DNA of 38,112 bases, taken from the IMG/VR virus record IMGVR_UViG_3300037478_000244, positions 1 to 38,112 of that record. One strand, given 5' to 3'. Below are positions 8,648 through 17,200 of the stretch, one piece after another. The stretch comes from a virus (Duplodnaviria; Caudoviricetes). Within the stretch, counting starts at the first letter, position 1, and each line of letters starts with the position of its first letter. The position numbers and the translations under genes were made by a program. The notes under the pieces are model-generated. The model was given only the letters and a program-made list of their open reading frames with translations, had not been told where the DNA came from and ran no database searches.

Positions 8648-8911
8648 TCAGTGCAGCGTGATCAGCTTGCCGCCTTCGCCCTCGGCGGGCTCACCCTGCA
8701 GGAACGGCACCATCACCTGGTTGATCAGCGCGGTGCGCTCGCCCTCGCCGATCTTGTTCATCAGCTCGCGCACCAGGCGGAGCATCGCGAACGACGCCAC
8801 GACGGCGCCGACGCCCTCCTGGTTCGCGCGCAGCAGCACCTCGGACAGCTTGCGCTGCAGCGCGGTCATCTCCTCGAAGTCCTTCGGCCCGTACGTCGGT
8901 CGGCGTGCCAT
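8648..8911 (-). CDS. Hypothetical protein
   Basis: TGATG coupling to the ERF gene. Confidence 0.7.
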   Translation of the reverse strand: MARRPTYGPKDFEEMTALQRKLSEVLLRANQEGVGAVVASFAMLRLVRELMNKIGEGERTALINQVMVPFLQGEPAEGEGGKLITLH

Positions 8912-9909
8912 CAGCCCTCCTGTCCTGGTTCACGCACGATCGACGGCGGCAGCGCACCTGGCGCCTCGATCGCTTTGCAGATCTCGTCGTAGTCCTTCCG
9001 CTGGATGTCCCGCGAACTGGTGTACCCGTACTTGTCGAACAGCCAGTCGCGGATCGTCTGCTCGTTGCGGCCGCTATTGCGGATGATCGTCCACAGCCGT
9101 TCGAGCTGGCCGGGCTGCTGCTTCGAGCCGCGGCTGATCGGCCGGCTGTCGCCCTCGGTGCGCGCGCGGTGCAGCTCCTCGCCCTTCCGCGTCGAGCTGC
9201 CCGGCTGCGGCCCGCGGCTCGGGTCCATCTCGCCGGCGGCCTGGCCGTCGTCGTCGCCGTCGTTCGGATCTTCGGAGTCGATGCCGAGCAGCGCGATCGT
9301 GGTGTACCGCTTGCCGTACTGGCGCGCGCTGCCCCACGACTGGATCAGGTTCTTGTGCCCGGTGTCATCGCGGTCGACCGGGCCGAACGTATCCTCCTCG
9401 CGGTGGCCGGCGCGGTGCGCGAGGATGCCGACGACCGTGAGCTTGCCGCTCTCGACGACGTTGCGGTGGCGGATCGAGAACCCGTACTTCGCGAGGATCG
9501 GCCGCACGACCTTCGTGATGTCGACGCCGCGCGCGTACGGCGTGCGCCGCAGCACCGTGCCGGGCTCGTCCTTCTTCGTGACGACGACCATGCCGCGCTT
9601 CGTGATGATCGGCAGCTCGCCCTGCATCGCCGCGTACGCATCGTCGAACGCGCGGCGGGCGCTGATCGTGATGATGCGCTCGTTCGCATCGATCAGCGCG
9701 TTGATCTTGGCGACGTCGACACCCGGGTCGCGCGAGATCTCGATCAGCTTCGCGACGATCGACTCTTCGCCGGCGGCCGCGCGCGACTGCCGTTGCAGCT
9801 TCTGCTCCGCCTCGCGGTGGAGCACGATCATCGCGCGCGTCGGCGCCGCCTTCGGACGCTTCCGCCGTGCCGGACGCTGCCGGCGCTTCGGTACCGTTCT
9901 CTTCGACAT
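8911..9909 (-). CDS. ERF-family single-strand annealing protein
   Basis: AYAAMQGELP.I.K, VRPILAKYGFS, L.H..GH.E, QSWGSARQYGKRY...ALLGI..ED..DG are ERF signatures. Confidence 0.88.
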   Translation of the reverse strand: MSKRTVPKRRQRPARRKRPKAAPTRAMIVLHREAEQKLQRQSRAAAGEESIVAKLIEISRDPGVDVAKINALIDANERIITISARRAFDDAYAAMQGELPIITKRGMVVVTKKDEPGTVLRRTPYARGVDITKVVRPILAKYGFSIRHRNVVESGKLTVVGILAHRAGHREEDTFGPVDRDDTGHKNLIQSWGSARQYGKRYTTIALLGIDSEDPNDGDDDGQAAGEMDPSRGPQPGSSTRKGEELHRARTEGDSRPISRGSKQQPGQLERLWTIIRNSGRNEQTIRDWLFDKYGYTSSRDIQRKDYDEICKAIEAPGALPPSIVREPGQEG

Positions 9910-9980
9910 GGCTTGATCCTTCTGGTAGGCTTGACGTCGTTCCGATCGTTGCTCGCCAGCGACGTCGTAACCTCCGTTGA

Positions 9981-10014
9981 GCCCGCGCGGCCTCGCCTCC
10001 GCGCGGGCGTTTTT
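9981..10014 (+). terminator. Terminator-like hairpin, U-tract on the + (antisense) strand
   Basis: 10-bp stem GCCCGCGCGG/CCGCGCGGGC then GTTTTT. Confidence 0.5.
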
Positions 10015-10255
10015 ACGTACGCACCCTGGGCACGACGCCCTTCACGCGGCCGCGCTCATGCGCCACGTGTTCGATGCGAGCAAGGTACTCAAACAGATCA
10101 CCATCGCTGACCTGCGCGGGTTTGAGCCCGGCAGCTTCCGCCGCACGAGCGCGCGCGTCTTCCATGAACTTGCCGCCCTTCGTGGTGGTCAGCCCCTGAT
10201 AGCGACACTTCGGATCCTTTTGGCCGTAGATCGTCGGCCGTCCCATGCGGGCCAT
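10013..10255 (-). CDS. Small basic putative DNA-binding regulator
   Basis: First gene after promoter PD; GGAG RBS; MGRP start and a beta/helix/helix pattern reminiscent of ribbon-helix-helix proteins. Confidence 0.55.
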   Translation of the reverse strand: MARMGRPTIYGQKDPKCRYQGLTTTKGGKFMEDARARAAEAAGLKPAQVSDGDLFEYLARIEHVAHERGRVKGVVPRVRT

Positions 10256-10333
10256 CAGCTCCGCTCCAGTCTCGTGGCTATACGGTGCAGCGCTGCTGTG
10301 ACAAGCCAGGTCACCAGGCAGCCGAGGAACAAG

Positions 10334-10390
10334 TTGTCAAGATCTGGCACGCGGACCAGCGTAGGGCCCGCGTGCCTTCTTGTCAAGAAG
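10334..10390 (-). promoter_or_regulatory. Promoter PD at the late/early boundary with perfect operator CTTCTTGACAAGAAG
   Basis: -35 TTGACA (10381-10386), 17-nt spacer, -10 TACGCT (10358-10363); second TCTTGACAA at 10334-10342. Confidence 0.75.
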
Positions 10391-11984
10391 TGACGTCGTG
10401 GGCGTTGAACAAGCTCGCTGCCGCCTCTTGTACAGGCCCGAGTAGCGCCGTGTCGCACGACAGGCCGGCGTCGAGGTGCAGGGTCGCGCCGGCGATGCCG
10501 CGCTGGCGGTAGGCCCGGATCAGCCGGCGCGCGAACTCGGGATCGGCCAGCCGCTGGTGTCGCGGCTGCTCGGCGATCCCCATGGTCTCGTTGTCGATGA
10601 CCGGCTTGCCGGCGATCACCTGGTGCTGCGCGAGCGTGATCGCGTTCTCTTCCGGCGTGCGGCCGCGATCGCTGTGGATGGTGACGTACTCGCCGCCATC
10701 GATCTCGCGCAGCTCGCCGCCATGCGATCCCCACGACACCGGAATATGCGCCGGGCAGAGCGCGCGCAGCTCGCGCAGGAATGCGACGTCGGTGGTGAGG
10801 TGGACGTGGTGCTGGCCGCCGTGCGCATTCTCGTTGACCAGCTCGATGCCGGCGACATTGTCATGACTGCCGCAGACGTGACCGATCTCTGCGACGTAGG
10901 CGGCCATGGCGTCGCGGTCGAGATCGTAGTTGTCGCCCTCGGCCGAGGTGTCGACCAGGATCGTGACTTCCGCCCACAGCCCGCGCACGTGCATCGCTTC
11001 GAGCGTCGGCGGCAACCACATGATCCCCTCGGACAGCTTGCGCGGGTTGCGATGCACGCTCGCCGGCACGATGCGCCCGACGTTGAACCCCTTCTTCGCC
11101 AGCCAGTCCGCGAACCGCGGGTTGCGATCGCGGCCGATGCGTACCGGCAGATCGAACGCCGTGCAGCCGCGCCACGAGAAACGCACGCCGGTGCGCTGGA
11201 TGACGAACCGCTTGTCGACGACGACCAGGCGCTCGGGCACCTGGCGCGGCGGGACCGGCTGGCCGGCGCCGACGAGCTTGATCTGCTCCTCGACCGCGCG
11301 ATCCATCAGCGGGTCCATCTGTTCGAGCGGCGGGTTCAGCCAGACGCCGATCGCCAGGTCCATCACCGTCGGGTTCAGCCGCACGGTGTGGTTGCCGATC
11401 GTGCGCGCTTTCCGGTAGCGATCGCCGTGGCTGAGCGCGCGCTGCAGGATGTGCGGCCACAGCGCGTCCTGCTGCTCCTTCGTGAGCGTGTCCCACTCGG
11501 GATGCACGAGCTTCTGCTCCAGCGTCACACGCGCGGCCGCGGCGGCGTACTGCGCGAACTCCTCCGCCGGCAGGATCGCGTCGCCCGGCGGCTCAGGCTC
11601 GCCAGGTTCAGCCGGCAGCGGTGGCGGCTGGATCGGCAGCAGCGGGTGCGGTGAGTGAACCGGGCCCCACCCGTGCCACTGCGCGGTCGCCGGCCCGCGC
11701 TCGCCGGTGTGACGATCGCCGGCGCTGCCGAGAATATCGGTCTCGCCGACGAGCTGGCCGCCCTCGGCGAGCAGCAGGGCGTCAACGCTGAAGCGGAAGC
11801 CGGCGAGCACCGCGTGGTTCTGGTGCTCGTGCTTCTCGATCAGGCGCACGCCGGCGTCGCGATGTTCCCAGGCGACGCGGTTCGTGAGATCGCCACATTG
11901 GTCGGCGTCGAGCGTGTCGCCGTAGATCCGGCGGTACACCTCGCGCCAGCGTTCGACCGACCCCTGCAGGTTCAGTTGCGCCAT
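10383..11984 (-). CDS. Multidomain protein with C-terminal clan GH-A TIM-barrel glycoside hydrolase (lysis region)
   Basis: ATG 11984 (TGATG coupling); GFNVGRI, IELVNE (acid/base), YVTIH, KPVIDNE (nucleophile), GATLH. Confidence 0.7.
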   Translation of the reverse strand: MAQLNLQGSVERWREVYRRIYGDTLDADQCGDLTNRVAWEHRDAGVRLIEKHEHQNHAVLAGFRFSVDALLLAEGGQLVGETDILGSAGDRHTGERGPATAQWHGWGPVHSPHPLLPIQPPPLPAEPGEPEPPGDAILPAEEFAQYAAAAARVTLEQKLVHPEWDTLTKEQQDALWPHILQRALSHGDRYRKARTIGNHTVRLNPTVMDLAIGVWLNPPLEQMDPLMDRAVEEQIKLVGAGQPVPPRQVPERLVVVDKRFVIQRTGVRFSWRGCTAFDLPVRIGRDRNPRFADWLAKKGFNVGRIVPASVHRNPRKLSEGIMWLPPTLEAMHVRGLWAEVTILVDTSAEGDNYDLDRDAMAAYVAEIGHVCGSHDNVAGIELVNENAHGGQHHVHLTTDVAFLRELRALCPAHIPVSWGSHGGELREIDGGEYVTIHSDRGRTPEENAITLAQHQVIAGKPVIDNETMGIAEQPRHQRLADPEFARRLIRAYRQRGIAGATLHLDAGLSCDTALLGPVQEAAASLFNAHDVTS

Positions 11985-12142
11985 CACACCACCCAGGCGA
12001 GCAAGAGCCCGATGATCACGAAGAGCAGCGACCACACGACCAGTGATCGCCAGGGCGCGCCTTCGGTCTGCGCCGCATGCACGATCAGCAGTACCAGCGC
12101 CACCAGGAAGCACACGAGCTGCAGAGTCGCCTGCGTCATCAT
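11984..12142 (-). CDS. 52-aa two-TM membrane protein (holin/antiholin-like; below the ORF-track cutoff)
   Basis: MMTQATLQLVCFLVALVLLIVHAAQTEGAPWRSLVVWSLLFVIIGLLLAWVV; coupled to both neighbours. Confidence 0.75.
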   Translation of the reverse strand: MMTQATLQLVCFLVALVLLIVHAAQTEGAPWRSLVVWSLLFVIIGLLLAWVV

Positions 12143-12414
12143 CGGTTCTTCTCCTCGTTCAGCGCCGACGCGGCGCGTTCGTCGAACAACGTCTCGCGCA
12201 GGACATCCGACGTCTCGCGCTCGGCCGCGAGCGTCACGCGCACGTTGCGCTTCTGCACGTAGCTCCCGACGATCCCGATCAGCGCGATGATCGCGCCGAC
12301 CGCCGTGTCCAGATCGCCGTCGGTGAGATCACCCGTGGCCACCAGGTACGCCCCGGCGCCCGTCAAGAGGTGTCGCACGACTCCGAGTGTGACCGCTTTG
12401 TTGAAGGCCGTCAT
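12139..12414 (-). CDS. Putative holin (Pam3-gp28-like)
   Basis: ATG 12414; VRHLLTGAGAYLV..G...AVGAIIALIGIVGSY.QK two-TM pattern in the lysis cassette. Confidence 0.7.
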   Translation of the reverse strand: MTAFNKAVTLGVVRHLLTGAGAYLVATGDLTDGDLDTAVGAIIALIGIVGSYVQKRNVRVTLAAERETSDVLRETLFDERAASALNEEKNR

Positions 12415-12893
12415 TGCTGTGTCTCCCGGTGGTTGTTGAACGCGACGGCGCATGTGAAGCTCGCGGTGGCCGTCCACGTGATGCCGGTCCACATCCTGGT
12501 GCGCGGGCCCTGGTTACGCAGCAGCCAGCGGATCCCTTGTTTCCCCACCTGGATGCCGGCCTTCGCGAACGTCATCGCGACCGCGTTGTGGCTGAAGCGC
12601 TGGAGCGCCGGGTTGCGCTCGACGAGGATGTTGGCGCCGATCCCGAACAGTGTCGTCGCCAGGTCAAGTGCGGCGCACACGTTGTCGCCGATGAACGTCC
12701 AGCGCTCGAAGCGCTCCACGGCGCGCGGCGCCTGCTTCATGCACAGGCCCCACTCCACGACCACGCACGGCGGGGCGAGCACGCCCTGCGCCTCGATGAC
12801 GCGGCGCGTCTCGGCCCGAATGTCGATCTCCTGCGCAGTCGCCGGCGTCGAGCCGACGAGCATGATCAGCGGTACATACCAGTACGTACGCAT
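12411..12893 (-). CDS. Exported/membrane protein in the lysis cassette
   Basis: ATG 12893 (TAATG coupling); signal peptide MRTYWYVPLIMLVGSTPATA-Q; hydrophobic C-terminal segments. Confidence 0.65.
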   Translation of the reverse strand: MRTYWYVPLIMLVGSTPATAQEIDIRAETRRVIEAQGVLAPPCVVVEWGLCMKQAPRAVERFERWTFIGDNVCAALDLATTLFGIGANILVERNPALQRFSHNAVAMTFAKAGIQVGKQGIRWLLRNQGPRTRMWTGITWTATASFTCAVAFNNHRETQQ

Positions 12894-13318
12894 TAGTAGC
12901 TCCAGATCCAGGGCCGGGGGTGGCGCCCTCCGACCGGTAAGTCGTCGAGGTGCAGGAAGCGCTGCGCGAACGGGGTGGACGCTCCTTGGCTGACGCCGAT
13001 GCCTGTGAACCCCAGGCCCTGCGCCAGCGCGATCAGCTCGGCCGCGTGTGACCCGTAGACGCGCACATCGACGGCGCGGGCGGTGGTGTGCGGGCCGTCC
13101 AGCCAGGTCTTCGACACCTTCACGTTGTACTCCGGCGTGCGATACCCGCTGTTGACGATCAGCGGCCGGTCGAACATGGTCCGCAGCATCTGCAGCCGGT
13201 CCAGGAACTCCGTCTCGACCACCAGGCGCCCGGTCCCCTTGCACGCCATCTCGCGGGGCGTGAAGTTGGCCCAGGACCAGTCGTCCGCATCGCTGAAGTG
13301 CGCATAGACACGTCGCAT
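12893..13318 (-). CDS. Endolysin, peptidase M15A (Zn D-Ala-D-Ala peptidase fold)
   Basis: NFTPREMACK, SGYRTPEYN, H...AVD, FLHLD motifs; ATG 13318. Confidence 0.9.
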   Translation of the reverse strand: MRRVYAHFSDADDWSWANFTPREMACKGTGRLVVETEFLDRLQMLRTMFDRPLIVNSGYRTPEYNVKVSKTWLDGPHTTARAVDVRVYGSHAAELIALAQGLGFTGIGVSQGASTPFAQRFLHLDDLPVGGRHPRPWIWSY

Positions 13319-14223
13319 CAGGCCAGCTCTCCGATCAGGTTCGTGATGACGGCGGTCAGGTTCGTGGTGCTCACCCACGTGCCGCCCGTCCGCGGCTTGA
13401 ACGCGAGCCAGTTCGACGCGGCGCGTAGGATAGCTTGTCCGCAGTCCTGCGTCGAGAACCCGTCTTCGCTGTACACGCTGAAGCCGAACGAGTCCACCCC
13501 GCCGAGCGTGATCGCGGCGGGCATCGCGATCCGCAGCTCGGTCGGCGTGGCGCTCACGCTCGATGCCGTGATCGCCACCTTCACGTGGACCAGCTTGCCG
13601 AGGATCGCGTACTTGAAGTACGCCAGGTCGCCGCTGTCGACCGTCCAGGTGCCGCTCTGCGCGGTGAACGTCAAGTCGCCGTGCGCGACCGATGTCCAGG
13701 GCAGCTCCGCGGCCGCCGCTTCCGCGAGCTGCACCGCCCCGAACCCGAGCGCCGTGCCGCTGCGACGCAACACCTGGTGATCGCTGCCGGCGGTGATGGC
13801 GGCCAGGTCCGCGAGCGCGTTCGTCGCGTTGCCGAGTAGCGACAGCGCCGCGAGCTGGACGAGGTTCGCCAGGGCCAGCCGGCCGCTCACGGCCGAGACC
13901 GCGTTGCCGAGATCGACCGCGCCGAACCCGAGGTTCCCGCCAGCCCGGCGCAACACTTCCCCGTTGTTGATGCTGCTGATCTCGCCGAAGTTACCGGCGC
14001 CCGCCGAGCGCCCCACGACCGACGCCCCGTTGACCGCCGCTTCGATGTTCGCGAACGGTAACCGCCCAGTGACATCGGCGGCCAGATCGATCGGCAGAAT
14101 GCCGCTCTCGGCGATCTCGACGATGTCGCCCGTCATCGTGCGCGCAAGCGGCGTGTGGTCTTGGACGCGCGCCGGCGCGGTCACGCTACCCGACGGCGGG
14201 CGACGGCTGCGGCCTCCTCGCAT
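13318..14223 (-). CDS. Tail fibre/spike protein
   Basis: Gly/Ala-rich shaft with repeat (G/H)(E/Q)VLRR.G..LGFGAV.L twice; C-terminal Y.ILGKLVHV..I receptor-binding-type domain. Confidence 0.7.
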   Translation of the reverse strand: MRGGRSRRPPSGSVTAPARVQDHTPLARTMTGDIVEIAESGILPIDLAADVTGRLPFANIEAAVNGASVVGRSAGAGNFGEISSINNGEVLRRAGGNLGFGAVDLGNAVSAVSGRLALANLVQLAALSLLGNATNALADLAAITAGSDHQVLRRSGTALGFGAVQLAEAAAAELPWTSVAHGDLTFTAQSGTWTVDSGDLAYFKYAILGKLVHVKVAITASSVSATPTELRIAMPAAITLGGVDSFGFSVYSEDGFSTQDCGQAILRAASNWLAFKPRTGGTWVSTTNLTAVITNLIGELA

Positions 14224-17200
14224 CAGCGCTCCTGCGGCGGTGCGCCGAAGAGCACCGCGAACGGGTTCTCGGTTTCGTCTTCACTGAGTGCGACGAGCCC
14301 CTCGACGCTGCGCTGCATCTGGTTCGCCGGGTACCGGAAGATCACGCCGGCGGTCTGGTTCAGCGCCTTCAGTAGCCCGCCGTCCACCTCGCCCTGCGCC
14401 ACCTGGCCGCCGAGCTTGTAGACCTGCTGCAGCAGCCGCGCGCCGGCCGGGCCCTCATATCCGCGGTTCGACGATCGCAGCAGCCCGCCCAGTTCGCGCA
14501 GCACGATCATGCTGTTGAGCGCGCTGCCGCCCATCTCGGCCAGCACGTCCTTCGACAGCTCGAACAGATCGTCGTCCTCGTCGCCGCTGCCCTTCAGCAG
14601 CCGGCTGAGCACGATCGTCGCGAGCGCGGGGAAGAAGTAGATCAGCGACAGATCACCCAAGAACCGCGCGGTGCTGATCGGGCTCTTGAACGACGTCTGG
14701 TGGTACGCGCGCGCGGTCTGCCCGAACACCGTCGAGCCGTAGGTGTAGAACACCATGAACAACCGCGCGACATCGCCACCGCGCTGCACCTTCGACAGGT
14801 CGACGGTCTGCCCCCCGCCCTGGCTGTCGCGCACCGCCTGGTCGGCCAGCGCGATCGCCTCGTCCTCATTTTTGCCGGCCGCGCGCGACTTCTCGTACTG
14901 GCCGATCCAGGTGGGCACGTCGGCGACGCGCTGCGCCAGGCCGATGTGCCAGAGGAAGCTGTCGACGATGTTCTGCTGCGTGACGCGATCCGCGCTCACA
15001 CTCCGCACCAGCTTGTCGAACCAGCTCGCCTCCTGGATCTTGTTGCGCAGGTCGTTGATGTCCTGGCTCTGCGTCGTCGCGCGGTGCGCCATGAACGGGG
15101 ACACCGACCGGATCCACGCGACGGTGTTCTCCATCGTCGCCGCGTCGCGCATCCAGCGGAACATGCCGCGCATGACCCACGACGGCCCGACGCGCGCGGC
15201 GCCGTTGAACAACCCGAGCGGCTGCTGGATCGCAGTCCACAGGTTCAGCCCGAGCGCCGAGATCTGCGCGCCGGTCTTCGCCCAGGCCGCCCACTGGTCG
15301 ACGAGACTACCGCCCGGACGCTTGCCGACGGCGATGTCCTGCAGCGCGTCGGTGAACTGCCGGTACATCGGGTCGCCGCCGACCGCGTGGATCGCGTTGC
15401 TCACGTCGTCGTCGCGCAGCAGCCGACTGACGTCGATCAGCACCTCGTGGTGTGTCAGGTCGTGGAGTACCTGGTCGAGGTGGTTGAAGAGCACGCCCAG
15501 TTCGAGCCGCACCGGCAGCTCGACATGGTCGAGCCGGGTCTTTAGGTGCCCGCGTCGCGTCGTCGATCGGATGTAGGCGCCGGCGAGCTGCAGCTTGGCT
15601 TCGCTGGTGATCTCGTTCGTCCCCGGCGCGGCCGCCAGGCGCCGATCGTACGCGAGCGGATAGTAGCCCCCGCGGAAGCGGCCGTGCTTGGTGTCGACCG
15701 GGACCGCCTCGACCTTCTCGGGACGCAGCCCGGTGACCCGGTACGTCTTGTCGCTGATCTCCTGCCAGAAGCTGTCGACGAAGTCCCAGGTCTCTTGCAC
15801 GAACTCCCAGTCGTTGCGGTCGAGCGTGTCGAGGATCGCCTCGACCTGCGGCCGCGACCAGCGGCGCTTCGGATCGCTGAGGATGCGATCGCGCGACGTC
15901 TCGTTGCCCCAGTTCAGCGCCACCGAGAGGATCGCTTCGCGCGAGAGGCTCGCATTGATCGCCGGGATGAAGACCTTCTGGTTCCACCGCGCCAGCGCGC
16001 GGCCCGGATAGTGGCGCCGCAGGATCTCGTCGTACCGTGTGCCATCCTTCCGCCGGCGGTCGACTTCGCGGTCCTGCGCTTCGTTCAGCGGCCGGACCAC
16101 CAGGCTCCACATCGGCCCACCGTCGACGTAGCCATCGAGCCGCTGCGCCAGCTCCGCGACCTTCGTGTGCGACGCGAAAATGTTGGCGACGTTGAAGCGC
16201 CGTGCCTCGGCTCGGCGGAACTCCAGCGGCTGCGGCTGGACGGGGTTCTTCGTGACGATCGACTGCACCAGGCCGTCGCGCGCCGTCTCGTACTCCCGCT
16301 GCTCCTGCTGCGCGAGCAGCGTGTTCTTCAGCCGCGCCAGGTGCTCGATCTGCTTCAGTGTCTCGCGCAGCTCGCGGAGGCGCTCGACGGGCACCTGGCG
16401 ATAGTTCGTGCGCTGCGCCGCCTCCAGCACATCCGCCGGCACGTCGATGGGGAGCCCTTCGCGCTGGCGGGCGGCCACCCACTCTACTAACGTCTGGCGC
16501 CGATCGAGCGCCTTGTTACTGACACTCTGGAACTCGAACTTATTCAACAGCGCGTTGACCTGCGCCTGGTAACTCTCGCCGGCGCGCCCGAGCCGGGCCT
16601 GGGCCGGGCGCTGCGCGAGTCGCTTGGCGTACTTCTCCAGCGCTTCGGTCTCTTCGATCGCTGCCTGCGCCGCGCGGTGCATCGCCACCGCCATCCGCTG
16701 CTGCGCTTTGAACGCGACCGCCTCCTCGAACTTCCCGGCGGCCATCGCCTCGCTGGCTTCGCGCGCGGCCTTCTGTGCGGCCTGCCAGTAGAGCAGCGGC
16801 CGGATCTCGCGCACGGCGATCTTGCCGATGCGCTCGGTGGCGATCGCGTTGAGCTGCGCCGTCGGCACGAGCGCCCGGATCGCGGTGCGCACGGCGCGGC
16901 GGGCGCTGCCTTCTTCGGCGGCCGCCTGCGCGCGGGTCGCGGCGACGATCGGCCGGGCCCGGCGCGCGGCCGCACTGAGCGCGCGCAGCTCGGCGGTCAG
17001 CACCTCCTGGTACGCGCCCTCCTGGACCGCCACGCGGGCCTGCGCCTGGAGCGTGCCGTCGATGCGCAGGTCGCCGTACTGCTGCTGCATCCGCCGATCG
17101 GTCTCGGCGGTGACGACGGTGTCGAGCTTCTCGGTGGTCGCCGCCAGGACGGTCAGCAGCTCGTCGCCCGAGCTGAAGCCGGTTAGGTGCGCCACCTCGT

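Noticed and set aside
3451-10390. GACTTCTTGTCAAGAA repeats as a CRISPR array or att sites
   Set aside because: Dispersed over kilobases, each tied to a -10 box and a downstream gene; better explained as promoter/operators
13318-14223. Diversity-generating retroelement, expected because of the BPP-1-like structural genes
   Set aside because: No reverse transcriptase and no TR/VR repeat pair differing at adenines seen in this window; it could lie outside
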